From: an uncultured delta proteobacterium
GTDB taxonomy: Bacteria; Myxococcota_A; Polyangia; Polyangiales; Polyangiaceae
NCBI GenBank assembly: GCA_963841435.1
Contig: CAWJCS010000003.1
Location: forward strand, 352,001-416,000
Reading direction: 5' to 3'
Length of the DNA: 64,000 bases
Positions 37,147-47,950 of this stretch are shown one piece after another (the first letter of the stretch is position 1; each line of letters opens with the position of its first letter). The translations under genes and the position numbers were made by a program. The notes beneath the pieces are model-generated. The model worked only from the letters and a program-made list of their open reading frames with translations. It was not told the DNA's origin and did not search any database.

Positions 37147-39225
37147 TCAGCCGAATGAGCGACGGAGCTCCTCCGCGAGCTCCGCGGGGGCGCGCGCCAC
37201 GCTCCGGGGCACGGGCCGCTCCGCCTGCAACAGCGGCCAGATCGAGCTGCGGACGGGCTCGGGGATGACGTGCTCGAAATACTCGAGAGCCGTGCCCCGG
37301 AGCTTCTGCTCGCCGCTTGCGAGGGCGCGCAGCGCGAGCTCGAGCGGCTCGGCGTCGATGAGCAGGCCGAGCAGGGTCATCACCTGGTCGAGCGCTACGT
37401 CGGGGCTCGACTCGATTTCCTTCATGCAAGCCTCGAGCAGGATGCGCCGCGGAGGGGCAAGCTCGGGGCGCGCGCGCGTGATGTCGCGCAGCGCGAGCGC
37501 GGCACGCACCCTGAGGTCGCGCTGGTCGGCGAGCAACGCTTCGGATAGGCCGCGCACGGCGCGCGGATGGTGCGCGACACGCAGCACCCTGGGGACGCGC
37601 CGACGCAACCGCATCGGTAGCTCGGGATCGAGCAGGGCGTTGACGAGCTGCCCGGGCACGCGGTTCGCCACGGTCTTCAGCGCTGCCACGGCCGCGTCCT
37701 CGGTCGCATCGTCGGAGAGCATCGGGATCACGAGCGAGACCAGCTCGAGCTCCAGGGGTCCATCGCGTAGCGTCTGGACGATGCGCGGGGCGTCGCCGCT
37801 TTCGAGCACGGAAAGACGCATCCCGAGCCGGGAAGTTGACACGAGAGAGCGGGACGAGCCCGTGCGGCGCAGGGCGTCGATTTCGCGTAGGAGCGCGTCG
37901 CGATCGAGCTCGAGCTGCGTCTGGGACATCGTGAGCCGCGTCGTGGCATCGGCGGCGTGACCTGGCTCGATCTCGACGCGTCCCTCGCGCAGACTCGCCG
38001 CGAGCTCGTTCACGTAGCCGCGCTCCAGGCGGCTCGTGAGCCACAGCGCCACCGTCGAAGCAGCCACGGCGATCACGAGCCCGGCGCGCACGCCGAGCGC
38101 CGGCGAAAGCGCCGCGAACCCGAGCACGGCGCCGCTGCCGAGGGCTTCGCCCAAGCGGTCGCAGGCGACGTTGATGAGCGTCTTCTTCGAGCGTTTCTCG
38201 TGCAACGGCAGGGGCGCGTAGAGCGGCTCGTAGGCGGCGCGAAACAGCGAGCTCTCGAGCGCGACGCCCGAGGCGCGCAGCAGCACGATCACCGGACCGA
38301 CCGGCAGGATGGCAGCCACGACGCCGAGTACCGCGACGGCAGCGGGCAGCGCGCCTAGCCCCACACCGATGCCGAATCGCGACAAGATCCAGCGAGATAC
38401 GGAGAGCTGCAGCCCAACCGCCGCCAGGCTCACGAGCATGTAAAAGACGGCGAAGAAGGAAACGAGCGAGGCGCCGTTGCGATACGAGCCGGCCACCGTG
38501 GCCTTGAACGCGAAGTCCACGACCGCGCTCGAGAGGCCCACGAGCGCGACGAGCGCCGCCATCTGCACGAGGTACCGAGCGCTCGTGCGGGACGGCGCGT
38601 CGGCGGCCGGCGGCGCGCTGGGACGCGCCGCGACGGAGCGCGCCGAGAGAGCCAGCGCGCCCACGGCAGCAACGAGCGAGCCCGCCGAGAGCAGGAGCAG
38701 CATCGGGCCGAAGCCGAGCCGCGCCCCCACGCCATGAGCCGCCAGGCCGCCGAGCAACCCGCCCAGCGCGGCGCCCACCGCGAGCCGCCCCGCGATGCGC
38801 CGGACGGTGTGCGGATCGAAGCGCTCGTTGACGATCGACCAGAACCCGCTGACGCCGATGCCACCAGCGATCGACGCGTGCATGTAGACGAGCACGACCG
38901 CGGCGCCCGGCCACGTCACGAGCAGGCGCCACTCGAGCCAGTAGGTCGCGCTGCTCGCGATGAGGAAGGCGGCAACGACGCGGCCGGGGCCGAAGCGCGC
39001 CATCGCGCGCGACGACACGAGCACCGCCGTGAGCCCCACGCCCGCGGCCGCGAGCATCGCCTTGGGCAGGTCGGCGGCCGCGAATGTCGAGAGGAACAGG
39101 GCGTCGCGACAAGCGCGCGCGGCGACGTGCAGCGCGATCAAAAGGGCTATCGACGCCACCGCAAGCACGACCGGCCCCGAGGCTTCCGAGGGCGACGCGA
39201 GAGCGGGGTGGCGACGCGAGCTCAT
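37147..39225 (-). CDS. MFS/NTT-like membrane transporter with C-terminal HEAT repeats
   Basis: About 12 TM segments; RDALFLSTF, FWSIVNERFD and AAYEPLYAPLP..KR..K motifs; HEAT-like tail. Confidence 0.72.
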   Translation of the reverse strand: MSSRRHPALASPSEASGPVVLAVASIALLIALHVAARACRDALFLSTFAAADLPKAMLAAAGVGLTAVLVSSRAMARFGPGRVVAAFLIASSATYWLEWRLLVTWPGAAVVLVYMHASIAGGIGVSGFWSIVNERFDPHTVRRIAGRLAVGAALGGLLGGLAAHGVGARLGFGPMLLLLSAGSLVAAVGALALSARSVAARPSAPPAADAPSRTSARYLVQMAALVALVGLSSAVVDFAFKATVAGSYRNGASLVSFFAVFYMLVSLAAVGLQLSVSRWILSRFGIGVGLGALPAAVAVLGVVAAILPVGPVIVLLRASGVALESSLFRAAYEPLYAPLPLHEKRSKKTLINVACDRLGEALGSGAVLGFAALSPALGVRAGLVIAVAASTVALWLTSRLERGYVNELAASLREGRVEIEPGHAADATTRLTMSQTQLELDRDALLREIDALRRTGSSRSLVSTSRLGMRLSVLESGDAPRIVQTLRDGPLELELVSLVIPMLSDDATEDAAVAALKTVANRVPGQLVNALLDPELPMRLRRRVPRVLRVAHHPRAVRGLSEALLADQRDLRVRAALALRDITRARPELAPPRRILLEACMKEIESSPDVALDQVMTLLGLLIDAEPLELALRALASGEQKLRGTALEYFEHVIPEPVRSSIWPLLQAERPVPRSVARAPAELAEELRRSFG

Positions 39226-39251
39226 CGAGGCTTCGTGGTGAGGCGCTAAAC

Positions 39252-40412
39252 TCAGCCGCGCGTCAGGGTGAGGCGCGAGCGGGCGAAGTCCGCATTGCTG
39301 GAAGAGGTACGCCCCGGAAGAACGAGGCGGATCCAGGCGCCACCGTCGGGTCGGTTCGAGAGCCCGATGCTGCCACCGTGCGCCTCCACGATCTCCTGGC
39401 AAAGCGAGAGCCCCATGCCGCTGCCACTCGCCTTGGTCGTGTAGAGCGGCATCAGGGCGTTCTTGAGCGCTTCTTGCGCGAACCCGGGGCCGCGGTCAAG
39501 CACGTCGATCTCGCTCGTTCCGTCATCGCCCGTCGTGGCGCGCACTTCGATCTCGCTCGGCGTGGTGCCGGCCTCGGCGGCGTTTTTGACGAGATTGATG
39601 AGCACCTGCTCGAGCTGGGCCGGATCGAAGTAGCCATCGACGCGCGGGGGCTCGGGCCAGCGCACGTCGGGATAGAGCGACGAGAGCTGCCGCAAAAAGC
39701 CCTCCCAGGCGACGATCCGCGCCCGCGGCTTCGGCAGGCGCGCGAGCGTGGCGTAGCCGTCGAGGAACGTCTTCAGGTGGCGCGTCCGCTCGTCGATCGT
39801 GTCGAAGGCGCGTTCGAGCTTGGCGGCGTGCTCGGGGCTCTTCGCCATGAGGCGCGCGGAGTGCACGAGCGAGCTCACGGGAGCGAGCGAGTTGTTCACC
39901 TCGTGACTGATGACGCGAACGACTCGCTTGAGGACCTCCACCTCGTGGCGACCGATCTCCCGCGTGAGGTAGCGGACGACGAGCAGCGTGTGCAGCTCGT
40001 CGTCCATCATGAACGCACGGCGCGACACGTGATAGGTCTCGCGCCGCCCCTCGAGCTCCATGCTGAACAACCGATCGCTGTCGCCGAGCAGCGCCTCGCG
40101 AAGCGGCGCCGGCGCTGCGGCGACCAGCCGGATGAAGTTCTGCCCCTCGGGTGCCTTGCCTTCGAAAAACAGCTCGCACGCCACGGGGTTCGCATAGCGA
40201 ATGACACCGTGGTCCGAAAAGAAGAGCACGGCGTCGGGAGCGCTGTCGGCAATCGCCCGCAACACGACTTCACTCGGGCGGCTGCTCGAGGAGGACGAGC
40301 GATCGGCGGCGTCGAGCGCGGCCCCCCCTTCGTCGCCCGAGGTTCGCCGCCGTCCCACGGCGTAGCCGACGACGAGCCCGAGGGCGGCGAGCACGATGGC
40401 GATCGCACTCAT
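39252..40412 (-). CDS. PAS sensor histidine kinase (NtrB/NtrY-like)
   Basis: [12 protein letters not shown]-box; [24 protein letters not shown]. Confidence 0.92.
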   Translation of the reverse strand: MSAIAIVLAALGLVVGYAVGRRRTSGDEGGAALDAADRSSSSSSRPSEVVLRAIADSAPDAVLFFSDHGVIRYANPVACELFFEGKAPEGQNFIRLVAAAPAPLREALLGDSDRLFSMELEGRRETYHVSRRAFMMDDELHTLLVVRYLTREIGRHEVEVLKRVVRVISHEVNNSLAPVSSLVHSARLMAKSPEHAAKLERAFDTIDERTRHLKTFLDGYATLARLPKPRARIVAWEGFLRQLSSLYPDVRWPEPPRVDGYFDPAQLEQVLINLVKNAAEAGTTPSEIEVRATTGDDGTSEIDVLDRGPGFAQEALKNALMPLYTTKASGSGMGLSLCQEIVEAHGGSIGLSNRPDGGAWIRLVLPGRTSSSNADFARSRLTLTRG

Positions 40413-41179
40413 GACAGACTTGCCGGCGGGAGCAGGCCGTGGCGCGATTCGCGCTCGAAGAACTCGGCGAGCTCGGCCTCGCGGTCGACCGCCGGCGCGC
40501 GCCCGAAACGCCGCGCCGCCCAGCTCGACAGGTCGTCGAAGAGCGAATAGGCGACGGGGGTCGCGACGAGCGTGAGCAAGAGCGACAGCACCTGACCGCC
40601 GACGATCACCCCCGCGGTCGCGCGATTGAAGCCGGCTCCGATGCCCGTGGACGTGACGAGTGGAATCATGCCGGCCACGAACGCAATGGTGGTCATGAGA
40701 ATGGGGCGCAGGCGCTCGCGATTCGCCACCACGATGGCCTCGCCACGCGGCATGCCGCGTGCCCGAAGCTGATTCGTGTGGTCGATCTGCAAGATGGCGT
40801 TCTTCTTCACGACACCGAACAACACCAACAGGCCCAACATCGAGTAGATGTCGAGCGCCTGGCCGAAAAGGAGCAAGGAGATCAGCGCGAACGGCAGCGT
40901 CAGCGGCAGAGCGAGCAAGATGGTGATGGGATGGAGCCAGGATTCGAACTGGGCCGCCAGCACCAGATACATGAACACGAACGACAGCCCGAAAGCAGCC
41001 AGGAAGGCCTGCCCCGTGCGGCCCATTTCGCGGGATTGGCCGCTTGGAACGGCGGTGTAGCCCGCGGGCAGGTGCATGTCCGCGAGCGCTTTGTCCACAC
41101 CGGCCATCACGGTGCCCTGCGCCGCTCCCGGCGCGAGATTCGTGTTGAGCACCAGGCTCTCGAAGCTCGCGCGCGACAC
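40409..41179 (-). pseudogene. C-terminal quarter only of an AcrB-family RND transporter
   Basis: [27 protein letters not shown] and RLRPILMTT motifs; only about 255 codons, with no room for the rest. Confidence 0.8.
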
Positions 41180-41375
41180 GGGCTCGCCGCGCAGCGAGCG
41201 TTCGCGGTCTCCTGGACGCGGAAACCGACGTGACCCGGGCGCGGCTCGAGGCCCTCGATGCGCGCATCGACGCCAGGGTGGCACGCGTGAGGCTCCACTA
41301 CGCGCTCGGCCGCGAGAGCTGCTTGACAGCGGGATTACGCCAGGGTTCGTTCCCCTCGAACGGCGCGAATTGCCA

Positions 41376-42776
41376 ATGAAAGCACTCGTCGTCGACGACC
41401 AGGAGGCGGTGCGCACGGCGCTCTCCGTGCTTCTCGACCTGCACGGCATCGAATGCCTCACGGCCGCCGCGCCGAACGAGGCGCTCGAGCTCGTTCGCGC
41501 GGAAGATCTCGGCGTCGTGATCTGCGACATGAACTTCTCGAAGGACACCACCTCCGGCGAGGAGGGGGTGGCGCTCTTTCGCGAGATGCACGAGCTCGAC
41601 CCCGACCTGCCCGTGATCCTGCTCACGGCCTGGACCTCGCTCGAGACGGCCGTCGAGCTCGTGAAGGGCGGCGCCGCCGACTACCTCGCCAAGCCGTGGG
41701 ACGACCAGAAGCTCGTCGTGACGGTGCGCAACCTGATGCGGCTGCGCGAGGCGCGCGACGAGAACCAACGCCTGCATGGTCAGGACGCGCGCGCCCGACG
41801 CGATCTGGGCGCACGCTTCGATCTCAGGGGGCTCGTCTACCGCAGTCGTCTGATGCACGACGTGGTCTCGCTCGCCGCGCACGTCGCGCCCTCGGACGCG
41901 CCGGTGCTCATCACGGGGCCGAACGGCTCGGGCAAGGAGCGACTGGCCGAGATCGTCCAGGCGAGCTCGCGACGGGCCGACAAGCCGTTCGTCAGCGTGA
42001 ACGCCGGCGGTCTGCCCGACCAGCTGCTCGAAGCCGAGCTGTTTGGCGCCGAGCCCGGCGCTTACACGGGCGCCACCAAGCTCCGAATCGGCCGCTTCGA
42101 GGCGGCCGACGGCGGGACGCTCTTTTTGGACGAGCTCGGCAACTTGTCGGCGAGCGGGCAGATGAAGCTGCTCCGCGTGCTGCAGACCGGGGAATTCCAG
42201 CGCCTCGGTAGCAACGTCACCCGCAAGGCGGCGGTGCGCCTCATCAGCGCGACCAATGCCGACCTGCGCGCCGAGATTGCCGCGGGTCGCTTCCGCGAGG
42301 ACCTCTACTTCCGGCTCAACGTGATCGAGCTCGCCGTGCCCCCCCTCTCGAGCCGCCCCGAGGACATCGAGCTACTCGCCAACCATTTCCTGTCCCGGTT
42401 CGCCGAAGGCGCACCGCACACGCTCGCCCCCGAGGCGCTCGTAGCGCTCGAGCGACACGACTGGCCCGGCAACGTGCGCGAGCTGGAAAACCGTATTCAG
42501 CGCGCCGTGCTCGTGTGCCAGGGCGGCCCGATCCGACCGGTCGACCTCGGCCTCGACGGGCGGCCCTCGACTCGAAGCTCGGAGCCATCCCCGCCGGCCG
42601 TCGATCGCGAAAGCTCGGCGACCCTGTCAGCCGTCGAGCGTGAGGCCATCCAAGCGGCGCTCGCGCGAGCGCGGGGCGTCGTCTCGCGTGCCGCCCTCGA
42701 GCTGGGACTCAGCCGCCAGGCGCTCTACCGACGCATGGAGCGGCTGGGGATCGAGATCGAGCGGCGCGTGCGCTGA
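41376..42776 (+). CDS. Sigma54-dependent response regulator (NtrC family)
   Basis: Receiver domain; [42 protein letters not shown]; Fis-type HTH. Confidence 0.95.
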   Translation: MKALVVDDQEAVRTALSVLLDLHGIECLTAAAPNEALELVRAEDLGVVICDMNFSKDTTSGEEGVALFREMHELDPDLPVILLTAWTSLETAVELVKGGAADYLAKPWDDQKLVVTVRNLMRLREARDENQRLHGQDARARRDLGARFDLRGLVYRSRLMHDVVSLAAHVAPSDAPVLITGPNGSGKERLAEIVQASSRRADKPFVSVNAGGLPDQLLEAELFGAEPGAYTGATKLRIGRFEAADGGTLFLDELGNLSASGQMKLLRVLQTGEFQRLGSNVTRKAAVRLISATNADLRAEIAAGRFREDLYFRLNVIELAVPPLSSRPEDIELLANHFLSRFAEGAPHTLAPEALVALERHDWPGNVRELENRIQRAVLVCQGGPIRPVDLGLDGRPSTRSSEPSPPAVDRESSATLSAVEREAIQAALARARGVVSRAALELGLSRQALYRRMERLGIEIERRVR

Positions 42777-42777
42777 G

Positions 42778-42860
42778 CGTAACGTCATCTCGTGCGAGCG
42801 CGGCGGCATCCTCAACGTCGCCAAGGTCCTCGATTTCGGGCTCGTCAAGCGCACCGGCAC
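42778..42860 (+). pseudogene. Remnant of a Ser/Thr protein kinase (subdomains VIb-VII)
   Basis: NVISCERGGILNVAKVLDFGLVKR with no upstream HRD motif or start. Confidence 0.6.
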
Positions 42861-43097
42861 GACCACCGACACACGGAGGGCTCGCAGAGCAACGTCCACG
42901 AGATCCGTACCGCAGGCCGGAAGTGTCGGGTGCGCCGGCAAGCGCCGTGCCGCGATGACAGCCGCCTTCCCGTCCACCATTCCGCGCGCCCCTGAGCGTT
43001 CTCCGAGCGGGTGACCGGACGGGCGACCGCCCTCGGGGCCGAGCGGGCCCAGGGTGTTAAGCTTGCGCCCGGCCCCATCCCCGAGCGCGACCCGAGC

Positions 43098-43775
43098 GTG
43101 ACGACCGAAGCCATTCCCGCCGAGCTCACTCGCGACGACCTCGCCGCACTGCCCATCTTTCCCCTGCCGTCGTCCGCTCTTTTCCCTGGGTCACTGCTGC
43201 CGCTGCACGTCTTCGAACCGCGCTACCGCGAGCTCGTTCGTGACGCGCTCACGGGGCGCAAGCTGCTCGCCGTGGCGCGGCTCAAGCCGGGTTTCGAAGC
43301 GAGCTACGACGAGCGGCCTGACGTCTTCGAGCGCTGTGGATGCGGCGTCATCGTCGATCATGCTCGCACGGACGACGGCCGCTACAATATCCTGCTCCGC
43401 GGCCTCGCGCGCGTGAAGATCGTCGAGGAGCACTTCGCCGAACGAAACTATCGCCTCGTGCGCGCCGAAACGCTCGCCGACACGCCCACGGACCCAGGGC
43501 TCGCGGCGGCCTTCTACACGCAGCTCGGGGCGCTCTGGCCCTCGCTCGCCCCGCATCTCCCCGCGCCTTTACGCGATTTTGCCGGCCTGAGCCAGGCGAC
43601 GGGCGGCGCGGGAGCCCTCGCCGATCACGTCGCCGCGTTGCTCATCGACGACACCGAGCTCACCCATCGCCTGATGAGTGAGCTCGATCCCTGCGAACGC
43701 CTGCGTTTGGTCGTGGGCCACGTGCACGAGATCGTCGAGCACGTCGCCGGCGGGAGCCCAAGCACGCTGAACTAA
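43098..43775 (+). CDS. Stand-alone Lon N-terminal substrate-binding domain protein
   Basis: LPIFPL...LFPGSLLPLHVFEPRYR; DGRYNILLRG. Confidence 0.88.
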   Translation: MTTEAIPAELTRDDLAALPIFPLPSSALFPGSLLPLHVFEPRYRELVRDALTGRKLLAVARLKPGFEASYDERPDVFERCGCGVIVDHARTDDGRYNILLRGLARVKIVEEHFAERNYRLVRAETLADTPTDPGLAAAFYTQLGALWPSLAPHLPAPLRDFAGLSQATGGAGALADHVAALLIDDTELTHRLMSELDPCERLRLVVGHVHEIVEHVAGGSPSTLN

Positions 43776-43785
43776 TCGGAGCCGT

Positions 43786-45384
43786 TCACGCCGCCGGTGC
43801 CGGCTCTGGCGCCACGGCGTGCCCCTCCTCCGACTCGGATGCGGGCGCCTCGTCGGAGACCTTGGCGAACTTCGCGCAGCCGAAGAAGATCCCCGCGATC
43901 GCGAGGTAGCTCACGGCGACGACCGGCGTCTGACCGACGCCGATGGCCTCACCGTGCATGAACCCGAAGAACGTGAAGACGGCGCCCGCGAGGGAGAACC
44001 CCGCCGCCTGCACGAACTTCCGATCGATGACGAAAGCGGCCGTGGCGCCGAGCACGAGTCCACCCAGAATCGAGCCGCCGCCGAGGACGCCGAGCCCGTG
44101 GTAGAGCACGCCGACCTGGCCGAGCTTGTCGAGGCCGACCTCGGCCGCGCTCGTGCCCGCGGCGCCGAGCGAGTTGTCGATCTGCAGCTTGCCCCACGCC
44201 GCGAGGTGGGGAACGAGCGCGAGGATGATGGCCGGCGCGTGCTTCTTCGGTGTCTCCTGGAAAGCCTGCGCGCCGATCAGCATGCCGATGTAGAGCAGAA
44301 TCGGCGAGATGGCGACGACGGGGATGAGCGACACCATCAGTGAGATGATGCCGAACCAGGCAAGGACGATCACCATGATGCCCGTGGCCGCCGAGTAGCC
44401 GATGCGGCCGCCCATGGCCTTCCAGCCGGGGTGACCGATGTAGACGGCATTGATGAAGGGGTTGCCCATGAGGCAACCGATGAGGCTCACGACGCCGTCC
44501 GCCGTGAGCACGCGAGTCGTCGGGAAGCTGTCGCCGGCGACCGCGGCGCTCTCGACGTTGTCCAGCGCTTCGACGAGATCGTAGATGCCGAACGGAATCG
44601 CCGTCACGAGGATGACGCCGAGGAACTGGAAGCCGGAAAAGACGTGACTCACCGCCGGCACGGGGAACGAGAAGCCGAAGCTCGAAACCGATTCGCGTAG
44701 CTTCGCGAGGCTCATGCCGCCGTAGTCGAGACCGAGGGCCGAGGAGCCCCAGGCGATCGCGCTACCGACCGCAATGGCCACGAGGCCCGCGGGTATGCCC
44801 TTGAAGTAGCGCACGCCGCCGAACCAGCTCGCGAGGATGATCGCGAAGCAGACGACGCCGATGACGGGCGTCATGTACATCTCGAGCGCGGGGCGCATGG
44901 AGATGAACGCGATGGACACGCCCGCGAGCGTGCCGAGCAGCGCGGCGCGCGGCGTGATCTTCCGGATCACCGGGGCGATGAAGCCGCCGATCATGAGCAC
45001 GAAGCTCTGAATGAACACCCAGGTGAGGCCGGCCTCCCAGCCCTTGACCGGGTCGCCCGTCTTCGCCGCGATCGGCAGCATGATGACGAACGTGACGACG
45101 AACATGTGCGGCACGCTGATGCCCGACGGCAGCGCGCACACGTCCTTTCGGCCCGTCTTCTCGGCCAGCTTGTAGGCGAGCCGCGCGTAATACAGCGTGC
45201 TCAAGCAGAGCATGAGCCCGGTCGCGGGCAGGATGCGCCCGAACACGAGCTGGTCGGGCATCTTGAGCACGAAGCGCAAGAGGCCCGTGAGCACCAGCAG
45301 GTTCACCAGAATGTTGGTGCCGAAGCCAAAGAACGCGTTCCAATCGCCCGGAGTCCAGATTTTTGGTTTGGTCATGGTCGTCAT
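43786..45384 (-). CDS. NCS2-like (xanthine/uracil-type) permease
   Basis: Multi-TM; GDWNAFFG, ALPSGISVP and VYIGHPGWKAMGGRIGYS motifs. Confidence 0.8.
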   Translation of the reverse strand: MTTMTKPKIWTPGDWNAFFGFGTNILVNLLVLTGLLRFVLKMPDQLVFGRILPATGLMLCLSTLYYARLAYKLAEKTGRKDVCALPSGISVPHMFVVTFVIMLPIAAKTGDPVKGWEAGLTWVFIQSFVLMIGGFIAPVIRKITPRAALLGTLAGVSIAFISMRPALEMYMTPVIGVVCFAIILASWFGGVRYFKGIPAGLVAIAVGSAIAWGSSALGLDYGGMSLAKLRESVSSFGFSFPVPAVSHVFSGFQFLGVILVTAIPFGIYDLVEALDNVESAAVAGDSFPTTRVLTADGVVSLIGCLMGNPFINAVYIGHPGWKAMGGRIGYSAATGIMVIVLAWFGIISLMVSLIPVVAISPILLYIGMLIGAQAFQETPKKHAPAIILALVPHLAAWGKLQIDNSLGAAGTSAAEVGLDKLGQVGVLYHGLGVLGGGSILGGLVLGATAAFVIDRKFVQAAGFSLAGAVFTFFGFMHGEAIGVGQTPVVAVSYLAIAGIFFGCAKFAKVSDEAPASESEEGHAVAPEPAPAA

Positions 45385-45402
45385 GCGTCACCTCGCTCGT
45401 CG

Positions 45403-46068
45403 TCAGGAGAGCGCTGCCAGGATCCGCTTGGAGTCGGAAACCCAGCCGAAGATCCCGCCCTGAGCCTTGATCATCTTGAGGCCCATCTCGTGAAACTCGG
45501 GGAAGTACGAACCGCAGCAGTCTCCGGGGACGATGCAGCGGTAGCCTCGATCGTTCGCCTCGCGCACCGTCGTGTGCACGCACACCTCGGTGGTGACGCC
45601 GCACACGACGAGGCTCTCGATGCCGCGGTTCATCAGCATCGTGTGAAGATCGGTCGCGAAGAAGGCGCCCTTGCCGGGCTTGTCGACGATGGGCTCGCCT
45701 TCTTTCGGGTAAAGCTGCTCGACGATGTCGTGGCCGGGCTCGCCGCGGATCAGGATGCGGCCCATCGGGCCCTTCGCCCCGATCCGCATGCTCGGCGCAC
45801 CGCGCTCCACCTTTGCCTTTGGAGCGTCGGAGAGATCGGGGCGGTGCCCCTCGCGGGTATGAATGATGAAGAGGCCCTTTTTGCGGGCGCCCTCCAAGAG
45901 GTTCTTGCAGGGGACGATCGCCTTCGCGAGGAGGGAAACGTCGTTGCCGAGAGTTTCGCCGAAGCCACCGGGCTCGAGGAAATCCCGCTGCATGTCGATG
46001 ATGACGACCGCCGTTCGACCCCAATCGACGGCAATCGGCTCTGGCTCGGCTTCGATGAGATTCGTCAT
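45403..46068 (-). CDS. trtA: Isochorismatase-family cysteine hydrolase, triuret-hydrolase-like
   Basis: DMQRDF, GGFGETLGNDV, KPGKG, TTEVCV, GSYFPE and QGGIFG: the F/L/N/E/Y/I signature recalled for TrtA. Confidence 0.72.
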   Translation of the reverse strand: MTNLIEAEPEPIAVDWGRTAVVIIDMQRDFLEPGGFGETLGNDVSLLAKAIVPCKNLLEGARKKGLFIIHTREGHRPDLSDAPKAKVERGAPSMRIGAKGPMGRILIRGEPGHDIVEQLYPKEGEPIVDKPGKGAFFATDLHTMLMNRGIESLVVCGVTTEVCVHTTVREANDRGYRCIVPGDCCGSYFPEFHEMGLKMIKAQGGIFGWVSDSKRILAALS

Positions 46069-46149
46069 GCGTGCACCAAGGGTCACCGTCCTGACGATTC
46101 GCAAATTGCCGCACCCCCCGTTTCCCCGGAATGTCTCTGGCGTCTCGGG

Positions 46150-46190
46150 AAAAAAACTCGCGCCCGGCATCTGGCGGTGCCGGGCGCGAG
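46150..46190 (-). terminator. Intrinsic terminator after the porin gene
   Basis: 13-bp stem CTCGCGCCCGGCA/TGCCGGGCGCGAG followed by T7 on the minus strand. Confidence 0.85.
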
Positions 46191-46269
46191 AGGGTGAGCA
46201 CCGGCACGGACCACTCGGAGATGGCCCGCACCGGCGCTCGCGAGCGTAGCTAAGCGCCACGCGTCGGGA

Positions 46270-47701
46270 TCACTGCTGGATTTGGAACCCGAACTGCAGG
46301 GCGTTGCCAACGCGGCGCGGCGTGCCCACCGGGTTGCCGAGGTCCGTGTGCTGGAAGCCGAGTGAGAGCTTCGCGAAGTAGTCCTTCAGCACGTAGTTGA
46401 GCTCGCCTTCCGCGATCCAGCTGTCGGGCGGCTGGATGACACCGCCGGTGCCATCCGGAATGTTGACACCGCCGAAGGCTTGCTGGTAGCGGAACAAGGG
46501 CTGCAGCTTGCCGGGACCCATCTGGGGCGTGAGGTAGGAGAGCACGACGAAGAACGCGTCATCCCAGGGCATGACGCCCAGCGTCTTGCCGCTATCCACG
46601 TGGTAATACGCGCCTTCCGCCGTGACCGTGCCGGCAGTGCCCACGTTGAACTCGGCGAGGATGTCGGCGTTGATCTCGAACAGATCGTCCTGGTTCCCGG
46701 CGAAGTTGAAGCGCTTCTGGCCCTGAGCCGCCACGCCGATCGCGAGGATGTCCTGGCCGCCGTAGTACGTGCTGCTGCCGTAGAAGCCCGGCTCGCTGCC
46801 GATGATCGCGTACCCCAAACGACCCGTGTAAAGCGGCGTGTTGTCCGGCACGTTGTCGAGATCCATGATGCCGAAGTAGTACTTGAACTGGCCCTTGCCG
46901 ATGTCGCCCCAGGCCACCGTGCCGACCTCGCGTCCGATTTCTTCGGTACCGCGCGGGCCGACGTAGTTGAAGCCGGCGCCCGGCACGCTGTAGACACCCG
47001 GATAGTCCCAGGGGCTCATGAACCAGGGGCCGCTGAAGTTCGAACGGTCCGACGGCGTGAGCATGCGACCACCCCAGAGGTGGAACTCGTCCATGAAGTC
47101 GAGCTGAGCGATCAGATCCATCGCGCGCACCTCGAACAGCGTGGGCGGACCTTCGGGAGGCGCGGGCGGACCGTTCAGGCCGGTAGAAGGCGTGAGGCCA
47201 GACACCGTGAGGTTTGCGGTCCATCCGACGAACGGCAGCACCTGCCCGCTGAAACGCGGCTCGGCGTAGACCTCGTCGACGTTGAACGTGCCGAGCTTCT
47301 TCGGCTCGCGCAGGTTCTGGAACTGCGCGCCGAAGCGCAGACCGATGCCGGTCGTCACGTGATACTCGGGCTCCTTTTCGGGCTCTTCGACCGCGGGTGC
47401 CGGCTCTGCCATCGGGGGCTCCGCCATCGGGCGGCTCCGCCATCGGCGGCGGCGCCTCCGGGGGCGGCGCCATCGGCTCGGCGGCAGGCGCGGGAGCGGC
47501 CGCTGGAGCCGGCGCGGCCGCAGCCGGCGCTGGGGCGGGAGCTGCTGCTGGAGCTGGAGCCGGAGCCGGAGCGGCCGGGGCTGTTGCCGGCGTCTGCGCA
47601 CCTGCGTGACTGGCTACCAAGAGCAGGGCTCCAGCCGCGCTACCAAGCGTCGCGGCCCGAGGAAACGATCGCGTTTTCGAATGATCAATCATCGTCGTCA
47701 C
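46270..47701 (-). CDS. Outer-membrane porin-like protein with Ala/Pro-rich N-terminus; 1-nt frameshift at about 47430
   Basis: Signal peptide ending HAGA; an extra C in the MAEPP repeat separates two ORFs; beta-rich; WGGRMLTPSDRSNFSGP; ends FGFQIQQ. Confidence 0.7.
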
Positions 47702-47748
47702 CGTTTGGGCTTTTCCGTCGGCGACTCATGAGGGTCTGAGCGGCGGCG

Positions 47749-47763
47749 GCAATCAAGGAACCA
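47749..47763 (-). promoter_or_regulatory. Candidate sigma54 -24/-12 promoter
   Basis: Minus strand TGGTTCCTTGATTGC (GG-N10-GC) about 50 nt upstream of the porin gene. Confidence 0.45.
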
Positions 47764-47950
47764 TCCGGCGGGCGCGGCGCCTGCCGAAGACGACGGCACG
47801 CTCGAACGCGGGATGTAGACACGCGGTTTCGTCAACACTTCCGAACGAGATTTTCGCATTCCCGGCCCTGCGGCGTGTCACTTGGGGCCCTAACCGCGTG
47901 ACTCGCCCCGGACATGAGAACGAAACGCCGGCACTGGGAAAAGGCGGAGC

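Noticed and set aside
37118-40550. Long overlapping ORFs (37118-39112 minus, 39084-40550 plus) and similar ones elsewhere
   Set aside because: Shadow ORFs typical of high-GC DNA, overlapping genes with clear motifs
41279-41296. TGGCAC as a sigma54 promoter upstream of the NtrC-type gene
   Set aside because: No correctly spaced TTGC -12 element
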